Source: Parasitella parasitica NRRL 2501
Taxonomy: Eukaryota; Fungi; Mucoromycota
Reading direction: 5' to 3'
Assembly: GCA_025201805.1 (NCBI GenBank)
Contig: MU619382.1
Location: 6,724 to 45,430 of the forward strand
DNA: 38,707 nt
Shown: positions 23,616 through 34,885 of the stretch, in pieces
Layout of the letters: each line of letters starts with the position of its first letter
Position numbering within the stretch: the first letter of the stretch is position 1
Position numbers and translations under genes: made by a program
The notes under the pieces: generated by a model
The model's input: the letters and a program-made list of their open reading frames with translations, nothing else
The model's database searches: none
Told to the model about the DNA's origin: nothing

Positions 23616-26552
23616 ACTTCTTATAGGAGCAGGTGCTGTAAAATCTGCAAAATCTGAAAAATGATCAAAGGTGCACGAAGCTCGGATATGTTGTACAATG
23701 TTGCAAAAAAAAAAGAAGATTTTGGCTGAAGGTTGTGTCTCTATCGCTTAATAGTCTGTAAAGATATCAGAGTTTGTAATATAAACATTTAAGCCGGGAA
23801 AAAGGTAATTTTTCAAATTTGGTGAAATCTATTTCATCCAAAAATAAAGGTACATAAAAATGGTTTTTGAGGCTATATTTTACATTATCTCAGCTATTTA
23901 TTCATATCAAAACATACGCAAGTTACCCATTAGAATCATGCTTTGCTCTTCAATTGAAATTAGGGGGTGCCTTCATTTACAGCAAAAAAAAAAAAAAAAA
24001 AAGGCTGTAGATTGAATCTCAGCATTGCGTTTCCATTTGACTTAAACCAGTTTCGAGCTTTTTTTGCTATAGTCTATTGCTAGATATCTCATAAACGCAA
24101 TAAGTATATCGGATATGCGTATTAAGCGTTTTATGACAAAAAGTAAATTTTGCATCGAACCATATAAATTATAAGACTATGCAAACTCGTTTTCTTATTA
24201 CCAATTTTCAAATATTCTAAAAACGCCCTTTTTGATAGTTTTTGAGTAAAATCAAGCATATTTTGAGCACACTCAGCTCCATAGAGTTGACCAAACAAAC
24301 CATCATGTCAATGCCTACACATCAATATCTTGTTCACACCTGTAGCTTTATTACATCTGCCAAAAATCAAAATCTTGTCTCGACCAAAATGAATCTACGA
24401 TTTTCGGGCCCCATGTCTAGAGGGCCAAAATGGAGCCATTCATAAGGGTAAAAACCAATTCTGTTTTCCGGGATTATCTCGCTCAAAAATTGGTATTTTT
24501 CGACCAAAAAAGAACCATTACATAGCTATTTTGTAGTTCCATATTCCTATTGATATATCAAATGTCTTTACATACCATTTATTCCTCTGAAAGTTATGAA
24601 AATAAACCAAGCCTCTGCTAAAAACATCTGAAAAAATATATTTTTCGACATTTCTATCTAAAACTAATGCAACTAGTAGAGAATCAAGTTCTAAAAAGAT
24701 TTTAATAATAACTGAAGCCAATGTGTCTTAGTGGTTTGTTGAGAAACAGGCTGACCAAATTTACCGTAAAAAGACAAAATTGGCTGAAGCTTGCCGAATT
24801 CGAGCTTGAATACGATATGTTTAATACCAGTAGGTGTGCCAAAACGTGCTTTATTACTTTACTTAGGAACTAAAACATGACTTAATTGCAAAATTTGGTA
24901 CTTGTTATAGGAACATATGCTGTAAAATCTGCGAAATCTGCAAAATCTAGTTTTGGCAATATCTCGACAGCAAATATAGATATCGAGAATCGGAAGACGT
25001 AGTGATGTATAGTTATCATACTAGTATTAGCCTGTATTCTTAGTTTAGACCTCAAATCCGTACCTGAAAATGACCCTGAAGGTCGACCCAAAGTTGAAAA
25101 CTGAAAATCGAATATGAGGTTTGGGATCCAAACATGGTAAAATCTGAAAAATGGTCAGAGATGCATGAAACTCAATTAAGTTGTAGAATGGTGCAAAAAA
25201 AGAAGATTTTGGCTGAAGTTTGTGTCTCTATCGCTTAATAGTTTGTAAAGATGTCAGAGATTGCATAATGGGTCTTTAAGCTGGGAAATAGATGATATTT
25301 ATGATTAAGTGTCATTTATTTTCCCAAAACAATAAAGCTTCGCAAAAATAGCTTTCGAAGTCATATTTTGCAACATCTTGGCTATCAGTTGATATTAAGA
25401 CATAAGCAGGTTGCTTATGAAGTACATGTTTTGCTCCCCAATTAAGAATAAGAGGTAGACTCATTTACAGCAACAAAATAGGCTGTAAATTAAATCTCAG
25501 CAGTGTGTGTCCATTTGGTCCAAACCAATTTCTCAAAATCTTGCATACTTCGTTGCTAGATATCTCAGGAAAGTAATAGGTATTTTGGATATAAGTTCTA
25601 AGTGTTTTATAATGATAACTAAATTTTGCATTCAACCATATAGATTTCAAGGCTATAAAAACACATTTTTTTTATTACCAATCTTCAAATATTCCAAAAA
25701 CGCCCTTTTTGATAGTTTTTGAGTAAAATCAGGTATATCTTGAGCACATTCAGCTCTATAAAGTTGACCAAACAAACCACCATGTCAATACCTACACGTC
25801 AATATTTTGCTCATGGCTGTAGCTTTATTATTTCTACCAAAAATTAAAATTTTGTCTCAACCAAAACCAATCAACATTTTTTCGTCCCTATGTCTAGAGG
25901 GCCAAAATGGAGCCATTCAAAAGGGTAAAAAACCATACTGTTTGTCGCCATTATCTCGCTCAAAAATTGACATTTTTTAACCAAGCAAAAACCATTCCGT
26001 AGCCATTTTGTAGCTCTATGTTTGTAATGCTGTATCATGTATCTTCAAATATCTATTTTTGCTTTGAAAGTTATGGAAATAAATCAAGCCTCTGCTAAAA
26101 ACATATGAAAAAATATTTTTTTTGACATTTCTATCTGAAAACTTATACATCTAGTAGAGAATCAAGTTTCAAACAGATCTCAATAACTACTCAGGCCAAA
26201 GTGTCTTAGTGGTTTGTTGAGAAATAGGCGGACAAAGTTTATCGTAAAAAGTCAAAATTGGCCGAAGCCTGCCGAATTCGAGCTTAACTATGACATGTTT
26301 AATACCAGCAGGTGTGCCAAAACGTGCTTTATTACGTTACTTAGGGATTTGAACATGGTTTTATTGAAAAATTTGGTATTTACGATAGGAAAATATGCTG
26401 TAAAATCTGTAAAATCTTGTTTTAGCAATATCTCGACAGGAAAGATAGATATCAAGAATCAGAAAAGGTAGCGAGGTTCAGTTACCATACTAGTATGAGC
26501 CTGTATTCTTTGTTTGGACCTCACATCCGTACCTGAAAATGACATTGAAGGT
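23616..26552 (+). repeat. Head-to-tail tandem array of the ~1.48-kb repeat: partial copy 23616-23972, full copy 23973-25460, partial copy 25461-26552
   Basis: Period of 1478 bp between conserved GAATTC sites (24796, 26274). Same orientation as, and homologous to, 208-1688. Copies are diverged from each other. Confidence 0.93.
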
Positions 26553-27631
26553 TGTCGTTCGCTTCGCTCACTTCACTGTGGTGAAAATCAAATAGAATAA
26601 GAATTTACCGCCCTTGGGCTCCAACTTGAACCTCTGTTGTGAATATCATTTTCACAAAAGGGTGCTTGTTTTAGATACATGATGAAATGTGTTGGGTTGC
26701 AAAATTAAATAGTAACCAGTAAATAGAACAGAAGAAAACTAACCATGTAGAAGAAAAGTACAAAACCATGCGAAATACACCATAAATGTTCATTAGTGAG
26801 GCGAGTAGTCGGTTATGGCTTATTTTATTAAACGAGAGTACATCGATAGGTAGTAATAAGGCTATCAATTTTTAGCAAGTGACGCAAATGTCTGGCAGGT
26901 GTCAAACATTGATGATATACAACAATTTATTGTGAAGGATACGTAGTTTCCCGAAATCATTCAGGGTAGACCACCAATCATTATCAATTTGATGCTAATA
27001 TATGGTGGATTATTTTTTAGCGAGATATACACTCGTTCAGTACCATTGTTTAGCTTGATATCTAGTATTGCTGGGAGTTGATAAAATCCATCTTATGTTA
27101 GAGTTTCTATAGCAGCCTAGATATGTACGCTATTCAGCAGCAGTTGAAATTATGATACTGATTCGTACCTGATACAATCATAGAATATATCCACAGTAGA
27201 TCTGGATACGTAGTACTTGTAGGGATTGATAATGTAGATTTAACAGTATGTATTCGAAATCCACCATTGAATGTACAATTAGCAGGGCAATCATCGTTAG
27301 TTAAATTTGTGCCATTTTACAGAGCCTTATCGTATTCTCCAATTCGAAGATGAATGCCAACAAAGGCCATCTTGAACACAATGTATTTGAAAACGTTGTT
27401 CTGCTTTTTAGAAAAAAAAGCATCAACACCTTTCATAAACTCGGCAAGATTGTTGGATATTCTAAAAGATTGAGGCGTATTATTTGAAATGAACACGATC
27501 AAGCATTAACATAGTGATTTCCTTTCGCACTGATTTTTGAGATTGAAATACAACGTGCTGCTGATTTCCATCCGCTCAGACTTTGTTGTGTGCATCTCTT
27601 TACCTTTTTCAACGCAAAATATATTAATAAA

Positions 27632-28423
27632 ATGGACGTTATTACAGCGTTTATCACAGCGAATAATTACCAACAACTCTTAAACCACTGTGAGCAGTTG
27701 GAAATACAGGTATGGGACGCACAGTAATAGATGCAGTTCGCCAAGAAAGAAATTAACATGTAGGCAAGCAGCACGCGACAGATAAAGAAATCAACGTCAA
27801 GGAGGTGTATCCTGTTGCTTTAGCAAGTTGTATATTAGTCAATGATCTGTATAGTATTAATGAAATACCAAAAAAAATGTAGACGTACATCATTTATAAA
27901 TTGCTTGTATTAGACAAACAGCTCGACATATACGTCAACGAATTAATGGCAGCGGAATCAACAATAGCACGCCGGAAATCGAGGCCATGTGGAAAGTTGT
28001 AGTCGATATAATAAAAAAATCATACCCTCAAGTATATCATGATTTGAATGCGTTTGAATGGTCAGAGTGGATGCAGCCCTTAATCATCAAAATCAAAGAA
28101 AACACAAGAAATCACATGCTGCAACTTATCTCTAAAATCTATACATCGATCCAATTAAGCCAAGCATCAGATTATTTTGGGTTATCACAAGCAGAAGTTT
28201 TACAGGAATTGGTAGTTTCGAGGGGTTGGGAGTACAATGAAGCGTCTCAAATCTTGAGTCCCGCAAAATCAGGCAAGTATAAAGTAGACAAGCTCTTGAT
28301 ACATGATATTTATATCTACATACTAACATTTTGAAAACTCAAGCTCCCATCGCTCGCCCTACAACAGATAAAAATCAATTTGCCAAACTTGCAGACATTG
28401 TTTTACATTTGGAGAAATATTAA
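27632..28423 (+). CDS. CSN8: COP9 signalosome subunit 8 (CSN8/PSMD8/eIF3k-type PCI protein), 4 exons
   Basis: MDVITAFITANNYQQLLNHCEQLEIQ | ...VYPVALASCILVNDL | QTARHIRQRI...PEIEAMWKV...FEWSEWMQPLIIKIKENTRNHMLQLISKIYTSI...YFGLS...RGWEY | ...QFAKLADIVLHLEKY*. This follows the CSN8 pattern (CE..EL, ND...AR....RI, E...W, W, L...AY.SI, GW, QL..L...V..LE). Confidence 0.85.
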
Positions 28424-28445
28424 AATCTATACATTTATCATGTAC

Positions 28446-30192
28446 TTAATCCGATCTATGATTTTCAATTAGTTTTTCGTTATTTTGCTGCTCTTCTAGA
28501 TCAAAGGCAAGTCTTTTTAGATCGCCTTTCAGCCAGATAGAAGGCAACGATCCAACGCAAACGATGATGGCCACGACAATCATAGAGAGCTTCATGTTAT
28601 TAGGCGGATCCGCTTCTGGACCAGCACGTAATGAGTCGATGATCACACAGAAGATAAGCATGGCAGCAGTCAAGATTGCCCATAACAGTGCAGACGAGAC
28701 TGATTCTGGAACGGGATAAGAGACTAAAATGGAGTGAGTGACATACCCAAAAAAAAAAAAAAAAAGGATAAGCAGAGTACATACTTTCGCATGCGAGTTC
28801 CAAATGGAGAGGGAATAATGCATAAGCAAAGAACCCATTCCAAATGCATGCAATTAATATAACATTAAAACCATTTGGGATCACTACATAACATGGCATG
28901 AGTCGTTAAACATGTGGGTTTCTTGCGAATACTGCCTTACTTTCAAAGATGAACATAATGTACGTAAATGCCATCAAAGGGGTCAACAATTTGATCAGCA
29001 TAACATGTTGTCCGGTCTTACCCACCCAATACCCTGAACAAATACCGCCAGCAAATCCAGCAATCACGACCGCTGCTGCACAATACCCTGATTGCTGATC
29101 TGTATAACCATATGGAGATATGGCTTCTATGATCAATGTAGAAACGGAAAACACCATTCCTGCATTCACAGCGCATAATATGGTGATCCACCAGAATCCG
29201 GTGTTTTTCATCAAACATTGAACGCCTTGTCTAACACTCATACGCTCTTGATCAGATGATGGAGAAGATGGGATTTTGGGCGAGGCCGGCAGAAATACGG
29301 ACGGTATTGCAGACACAGTTGCAATAATAGCGATAACGATGAGTGTCTTTGGCACGTTTGTGGTCGTAGGAGCAAGTAAAGGGACAATAATGGGTGCAAT
29401 TGCCATACCAATAGACAGTGCTGTATATTGAAGCGTTAGTCTCAAGCTCAAGCACGTTATTTTCATTGGTATTTACTTGATAACGTGTTGGCTATGCCTC
29501 TATGCTCAGGTGCAAACCAAACAGATGCCATCTAAAGATATCCACATTAGTCTTGCTTTTGAAGATGGTTCTAAAAAAAAAAAAAAAAAAAGAAGTACCT
29601 TTGTAGCAATGCTACGCAGATGAGGTTACTAATCGTCGTATACATATACAGTATATGCGAATCGCGGGTCAAGTAGAACCACTTACTTGTATATAAATGG
29701 CCCACCAATACTGGCAATGAACTGGCCAGCCATCATAGCAGTATATCGTTTATTTTCAGGAACGATAATAGCAATGCATCGAATCCAGCAGCCCAGTAAG
29801 TTACAGCTACCAGCAAAGATGATGTTTGCTTTGATACCAAAGCGCTGATAAGACCAGCCCGTTAAAAGAGAAAACAAGGTGTTGATGATGGCAGATACAT
29901 TCGAGAGCCAATTCAAGGCAGTAAAATCGATCTTTAGCCATTCAGATATAGCCATAGGCGAACTGGATGCACTCAGCCACATCAACGAGCAAGCACTGTT
30001 GACGAGCATAACACTTAACACTTGCAACCATGCAACCCATGTTGTTCCATAGGCGACGGTCTCTGAGTCGGCTTTGTTGATGTCTCTATCTACTGATGAT
30101 GAGGACGAGCAAGCTGCAGAGGAGATGGAACCAGTTACTATGGGCAAGCTACTTGATATACGTGCTTTTTCACTGATTATAGCTGACGACAT
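28446..30192 (-). CDS. MFS transporter, FLVCR/SLC49-like, multi-exon
   Basis: Multiple hydrophobic helices. Motifs YGTTWVAWLQV..VN..CSLMWLS, YQRFGIK, GCWIRC, GQFIASIGGPF, KMASVWFAPEHRGIANT, PKIPSSPSS and SYPVPESVSS. Substrate unknown. Confidence 0.88.
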
Positions 30193-30809
30193 TATTGCAA
30201 ATTATATAGATATGATGAAAAGAAAAACAGATCAATGAAAGAGGTACAATCTTTCTACGTTCTATTTTAGATCACAATATGCAAGCAATATGTACAATAT
30301 ATGTCCTCAAGGTCACCTTTAAGCGGCTCGTGTTTATGTAATGAAAAAAGCTTTTACAGATATACACACATACTCTAACATAAAACAATAAAGACGAGGA
30401 GAAGAAGAAGGAGGAAAAGGAATGGAAGGCCAAGCGATGCCTATAAAGAAGGGAGCAAAAGCCAGAAAAGCGCTACTCCCTCATAGACATATGCAAATGT
30501 ATCTATTGACATGGTGATGGTGTGCTCGTTTTAAACAATATTGCAAACTGAAAAGTAATCCCCTATATTATGCTTTTGATAAGAATATAAACTATATCCC
30601 TTGATATTGGACCCATGCATGTGTATTTACTTAGGTATATGCTATCTTTCAATTACGCCCAGAGTTTTTCTACATGTCATCTGTGCAATTCAGAGCATCA
30701 GTAGACTAGCAAAAATTGATCTGTACACCAATAAAGATGCGAGTTGATATTGTATTATTTCCGTTTCAAAAAGTTAAATTACAAACTTGTGATGGGGGGG
30801 GGGGAGACA

Positions 30810-30837
30810 AGAGAGAGAGAGAGAGAGAAAGAGAGAG
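30810..30837. repeat. (GA)n microsatellite preceded by a G run
   Basis: AGAGAG... run following the poly-G at ~30794-30804. Confidence 0.8.
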
Positions 30838-31658
30838 CTCATTGCCTTTTAAGGTCGCATGTACAAAGCATTGGTGGCACAATCTTTAATAACCCTTATT
30901 GTTGCGATCTTTTGTCACACTATTAATGAGCGCATTGTTGTTTGTGTTCGAAAAAAGGAGAGCTAAAAATAAGACGTACAAGAAGGCGTTTAATAGAATA
31001 TCCCAATGCGTATTTTCATCAATTCGCCTCAATTAGATTATATAAATATATTGGTGTGTTTGCGCTGATCAGCATCAACCCTGCTTTAACGTTATGTGCT
31101 TAATTGATTTAATGTGAGTAGCTCATGTTGATCGATACATGAATGCGATGGGATTGATTGCTTAAATTGCTGGGAGAAGACCATCATCGTTGCATACTCC
31201 TTTATTTAACCTTTCCAACTATATACTAATCTTGATGTATGTAACTTGCGACATCTTAAATTTCGGAAGCAACTTCCAGCATCACCATCATCAATTTGGT
31301 TATTGTATGCTTGTTGGAAAAACAGCCAAAAACCAAGCCATGTTTGGTTGATGGCTGAATTTGATATTTCATGATTGAGCAATCAAAAATCGCTTAAAAG
31401 AATCCCTTTAATAACAAACATATGGACACTAGGTAATGCCAAGCCTGCCTTACGTGACAAACATGCATAACATGCATACATTAGAGTTACTTTTGGAAAT
31501 TCACAAAATGTTAAAGACAAAAGTCGTGATAATAAAATTAGATTATTTATTAAAAAGTATAATGCAATTTTTTAAGAGATTTGCAGGTATATTTACTAGA
31601 AGTAAGGACAAATCCATGTGGGTAATACGAGGAATATAGGAGGGGGGGGGGGGTTATA

Positions 31659-32018
31659 TTACTTTTGGGACAAAAAATTGCGTCTATCCGCGTGTGGAGT
31701 TTTTGTTAGTTTTGTTGACCTTGCTGTTATCATTGATTTTGCCATTGTTTTGACTGTGCCTGCATTGTTGCTTCTAACATTTTGTAATTCGCGTCTGACG
31801 TGTGGCACAGCAGATGGTCTCACCATGTCTTCAGCTGGATTTTTTCTGGAAGTGGTGGGGCGGGAAGAACGACGATAGGAACTGAGTGAATCAGATGACA
31901 GGGATGCTGTTGTGATGGATGACAGTGATGGTTTTGATGAAGATGGTGGTTTTGCTGAAGATGGTGGTTTTGCTGAAGATGGTGGTTTTACTGAAGATTT
32001 CAACACTGGACGACGCAC

Positions 32019-32059
<41 letters not shown>

Positions 32060-33579
32060 GCTTCTTGCTGCTCGTATTAATTGCTGCTGCTGCTGTGGTT
32101 GTGGTTGTGGTTATCTTTGATGATTTGGGAGCTTGGTTTCTCTTGATAGTTGCAATTTCTTCCAAAGCCAGGTCTAATTTAGCTTGCATCATTTTCCTTG
32201 ATTCTCCATCTTTCTTTGCTTGGTCTTGTCGTGCAATTTCGGCATCCTTCATGCGATCTAAAATGCTGGTCATCATATCCTCCATTCTATATCTGGTATT
32301 GGCTTCTTTCTGTAAGCGAGCCTTTAGCGAATCGATCTCAGCTTGGCGATTGTCGACTTCCTCGCTTATGCGATCGTGGATGGCTTCCTGCTGTTCGTCG
32401 ATGATATCGGTCATGCTTTGCACTGCCTTTTCAAAGGCCTTGCGCATGGCTGATTCTTCACACAGACGCTGCTCCAGCTTGTTCAGCCTGTCGTCCACAG
32501 CGTTCATTTGGCGACGATGCAGGCGGCTGCAGATATTGGCCAAGTTCAAAAATACTCGCTGCTCTGGGCAGAATTGAGAAAAGGCTTGTTTGTTTTCGCG
32601 GCGGCTGCGATAACCACGCCAAAGAGACTGGATCTTGACTGCAGCTTGGTCTTGTCGGAAATAGTCATTGTCTTGGTCGTCCTCGTCATCAGACAATGGG
32701 TAGAAGATGCAATGTGATTCAAGCTCTTGGCCATCAGACATGTAATCATCATCGTCAATGTAGCCTTCGTCACTTGCGATATAAGTGAGTGAGGTAGGAC
32801 ATTGCTGGACAAACGTCATTTCAGACGACTTGTTTAGTTTGATCAAGACTGTGTGCGAGGGCGAATTCATTTTGAGAGTGGTTGTGCTGTTGGCGGAGTC
32901 TGAGAAGTCTGCGCCAGAAGCAATCGAACGGCCTATGTGAAAGAGTGAGCATTCCATGTACAATGAATTTCTTTTTTTTTTTTTGCTCATGTTACCTGGA
33001 CGCATGTAGGATGTTGTCCTTGTTGGTGTAACGGTTTGGTGCATGTGGTGTTTGCGAATATCGGATAAGAAGTATGCGGGTCCGACAGCTTCAGTTGATT
33101 GGACTGAGCTAGTCTCAACAGACTCGCGTCTGCTTGTAGTTTGAATAGGCAAGTATAGCGGTGAGACCATGCCATCATCGACTAGGCTCTCATCGTACAC
33201 CGATTCCTCATCTTCATAGTAAACCATGTGATGGTTGTCATTGTACTGATCCGTCTCAATTGCCGTGTAGCTGCTATTCGTGAATGAAGATTCATCGAAA
33301 TACGAATATTCTCTTTCGTCATCTAAATAGGCTAACTCTTGCAATTTTTTTTTGGCTGGGAATTCGTATTTGTATTGTTCTGGAGTGAGGTACTGATCTA
33401 CTTGCCGATAAAAGTGGACATCGTCATACTCATTGCTGCTTTGGTGGGACTAAAAGCGGAAAGTAGACTAAACGTCAGATCAAGGAACAAGCTACCATCT
33501 GGTTTAAATTTACCTGCTTAATTGGATACGCTGACATGCTTCTAAGGGTGTCGATTTCTTGATTATATTTAGCAGACAT
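31659..33579 (-). CDS. Uncharacterised IQ-motif + coiled-coil protein with acidic N-terminal region and basic Ser/Thr/Pro-rich tail, ~618 aa, 2 exons
   Basis: Exon 1 33514-33579 (MSAKYNQEIDTLRSMSAYPIKQ), intron 33450-33513 (GT..CTGAC..AG), exon 2 31659-33449 open throughout. IQ motif AAVKIQSLWRGYRSRRE followed by a heptad-rich helical segment. Confidence 0.85.
31927..32058. repeat. Coding tandem repeats: 18-bp unit (KPPSSA x ~3) and (GTA)n encoding poly-Thr
   Basis: GAAGATGGTGGTTTTGCT-type repeats at ~31938-31997 and a GTA run at ~32020-32058. Confidence 0.85.
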
Positions 33580-34885
33580 TTTTCTTTCTCTATTGTTCGA
33601 ACTTATATGTAAAAAGGAAAGACAAGGGATTTTTTTTTCTTTTCTTATTTTCTTCAAGAAGATAAAAAAATAAAATAAAAAAAAAGGAACAAGAAGGAAA
33701 AAGGAGTGTGTATAATAAAGGAATGGGAAGGGGAGAAAAAAGAGAAAAAACTGATTTAAAAGAATGGAAAAATAAATAGAACTGCTGTATTTATATAAAT
33801 GGATTTTAATATTTTGCTGTCAATTATATAAGGGGACATGCAGAGTGAGAGTGAAAGTGAGAGAGCGAGAGAAAAAAAAAAAAAAAGGAGACATAACCAT
33901 TCAATTGGTCAAGGTAGTTGTGTGGGTTACACCTGCTGATCCCTTATATTGTAATTTCGGTGTGTATGGTCAGAATGGTCGAATTGATTGTGTAGGCGTC
34001 TACATGTGTGTTGCCGTTATGTCATGAATGCAACGGCGAAAGAGTGTGATGGCATCCACCAGATCAGGCTCAGGACAAGCAATCAGGCTCCTACAAGAAA
34101 AGAAGTCGGAAGCATGCTTCAAACGACTTTATATTACCATATTCAACACAATAAAAAATAATCGATCATGAACAATTTGGACAAAAACAAGAGGGAAAGG
34201 CATTGTTTTTGTGCTACAACCCGGCTGTTGTTTCTACCTCACCCCCCCCCCCCCCACTCACGAACATCGTATGGTCGATCTTCATACACACCATGACGTC
34301 TCCTCAAGATGATACTCACTTTCTCTGCCTCTCACACTCCCCCCCCCCCTTTTTTTTTTTCTCTCGCCTCCGGGGATCATTTCTTTTGTACAGATGAATA
34401 CTCGGATGCAACCTTCCACTGTCAATGTTATTTTTCCCTTAATGTTTATGTAGCTATTTTTATCTCCCTCCCCACTTTTTTTTTGTATGCCTAAAGGGAA
34501 CCTCGAGTTCACTCCCCACTGCTGATGATCTCCTTGATTTTTTTTTTTTTTTCATTTATTGATCTATCAAGTCATCGACATCAGAAATTTAGCCCCTTCT
34601 TGCCGATGGTGAAAATCCACTGCCCACAAATAGACACAAAAACTGACACGAAAATACAACATTGCCGTCACGACGTGTCTTACACGACCCATCCAACTCG
34701 ACTACATGGCCCCAAAAAAGCAATGTTCATGGTCAAATGAGGAGCAACCATTGTTTATTGATGCGGCCAATTTTACATAATAATGAAACAAATGCGGCAA
34801 GGTAGTTTCAAGTCAAGTTTATTATCAAATACAGGTATACGAGGTATATATCATCAGATTGTACATATATACAGAAAAAGACGGT

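Noticed and set aside
23616-26552. CRISPR array, rDNA/5S or telomeric interpretation of the tandem repeat
   Set aside because: The context is eukaryotic, there is no short repeat-spacer structure, no recognisable rRNA/tRNA sequence and no telomeric motif.
31323-31357. Imperfect hairpin CAGCCA..AACCAA...TTGGTT..TGGCTG
   Set aside because: Single, short and without supporting context; compatible with chance.
33514-33579. Possible CUE domain at the start of the IQ protein (which would add to the ubiquitin cluster)
   Set aside because: EIDTLRSM is not followed by the FP motif or the remainder of a CUE fold.
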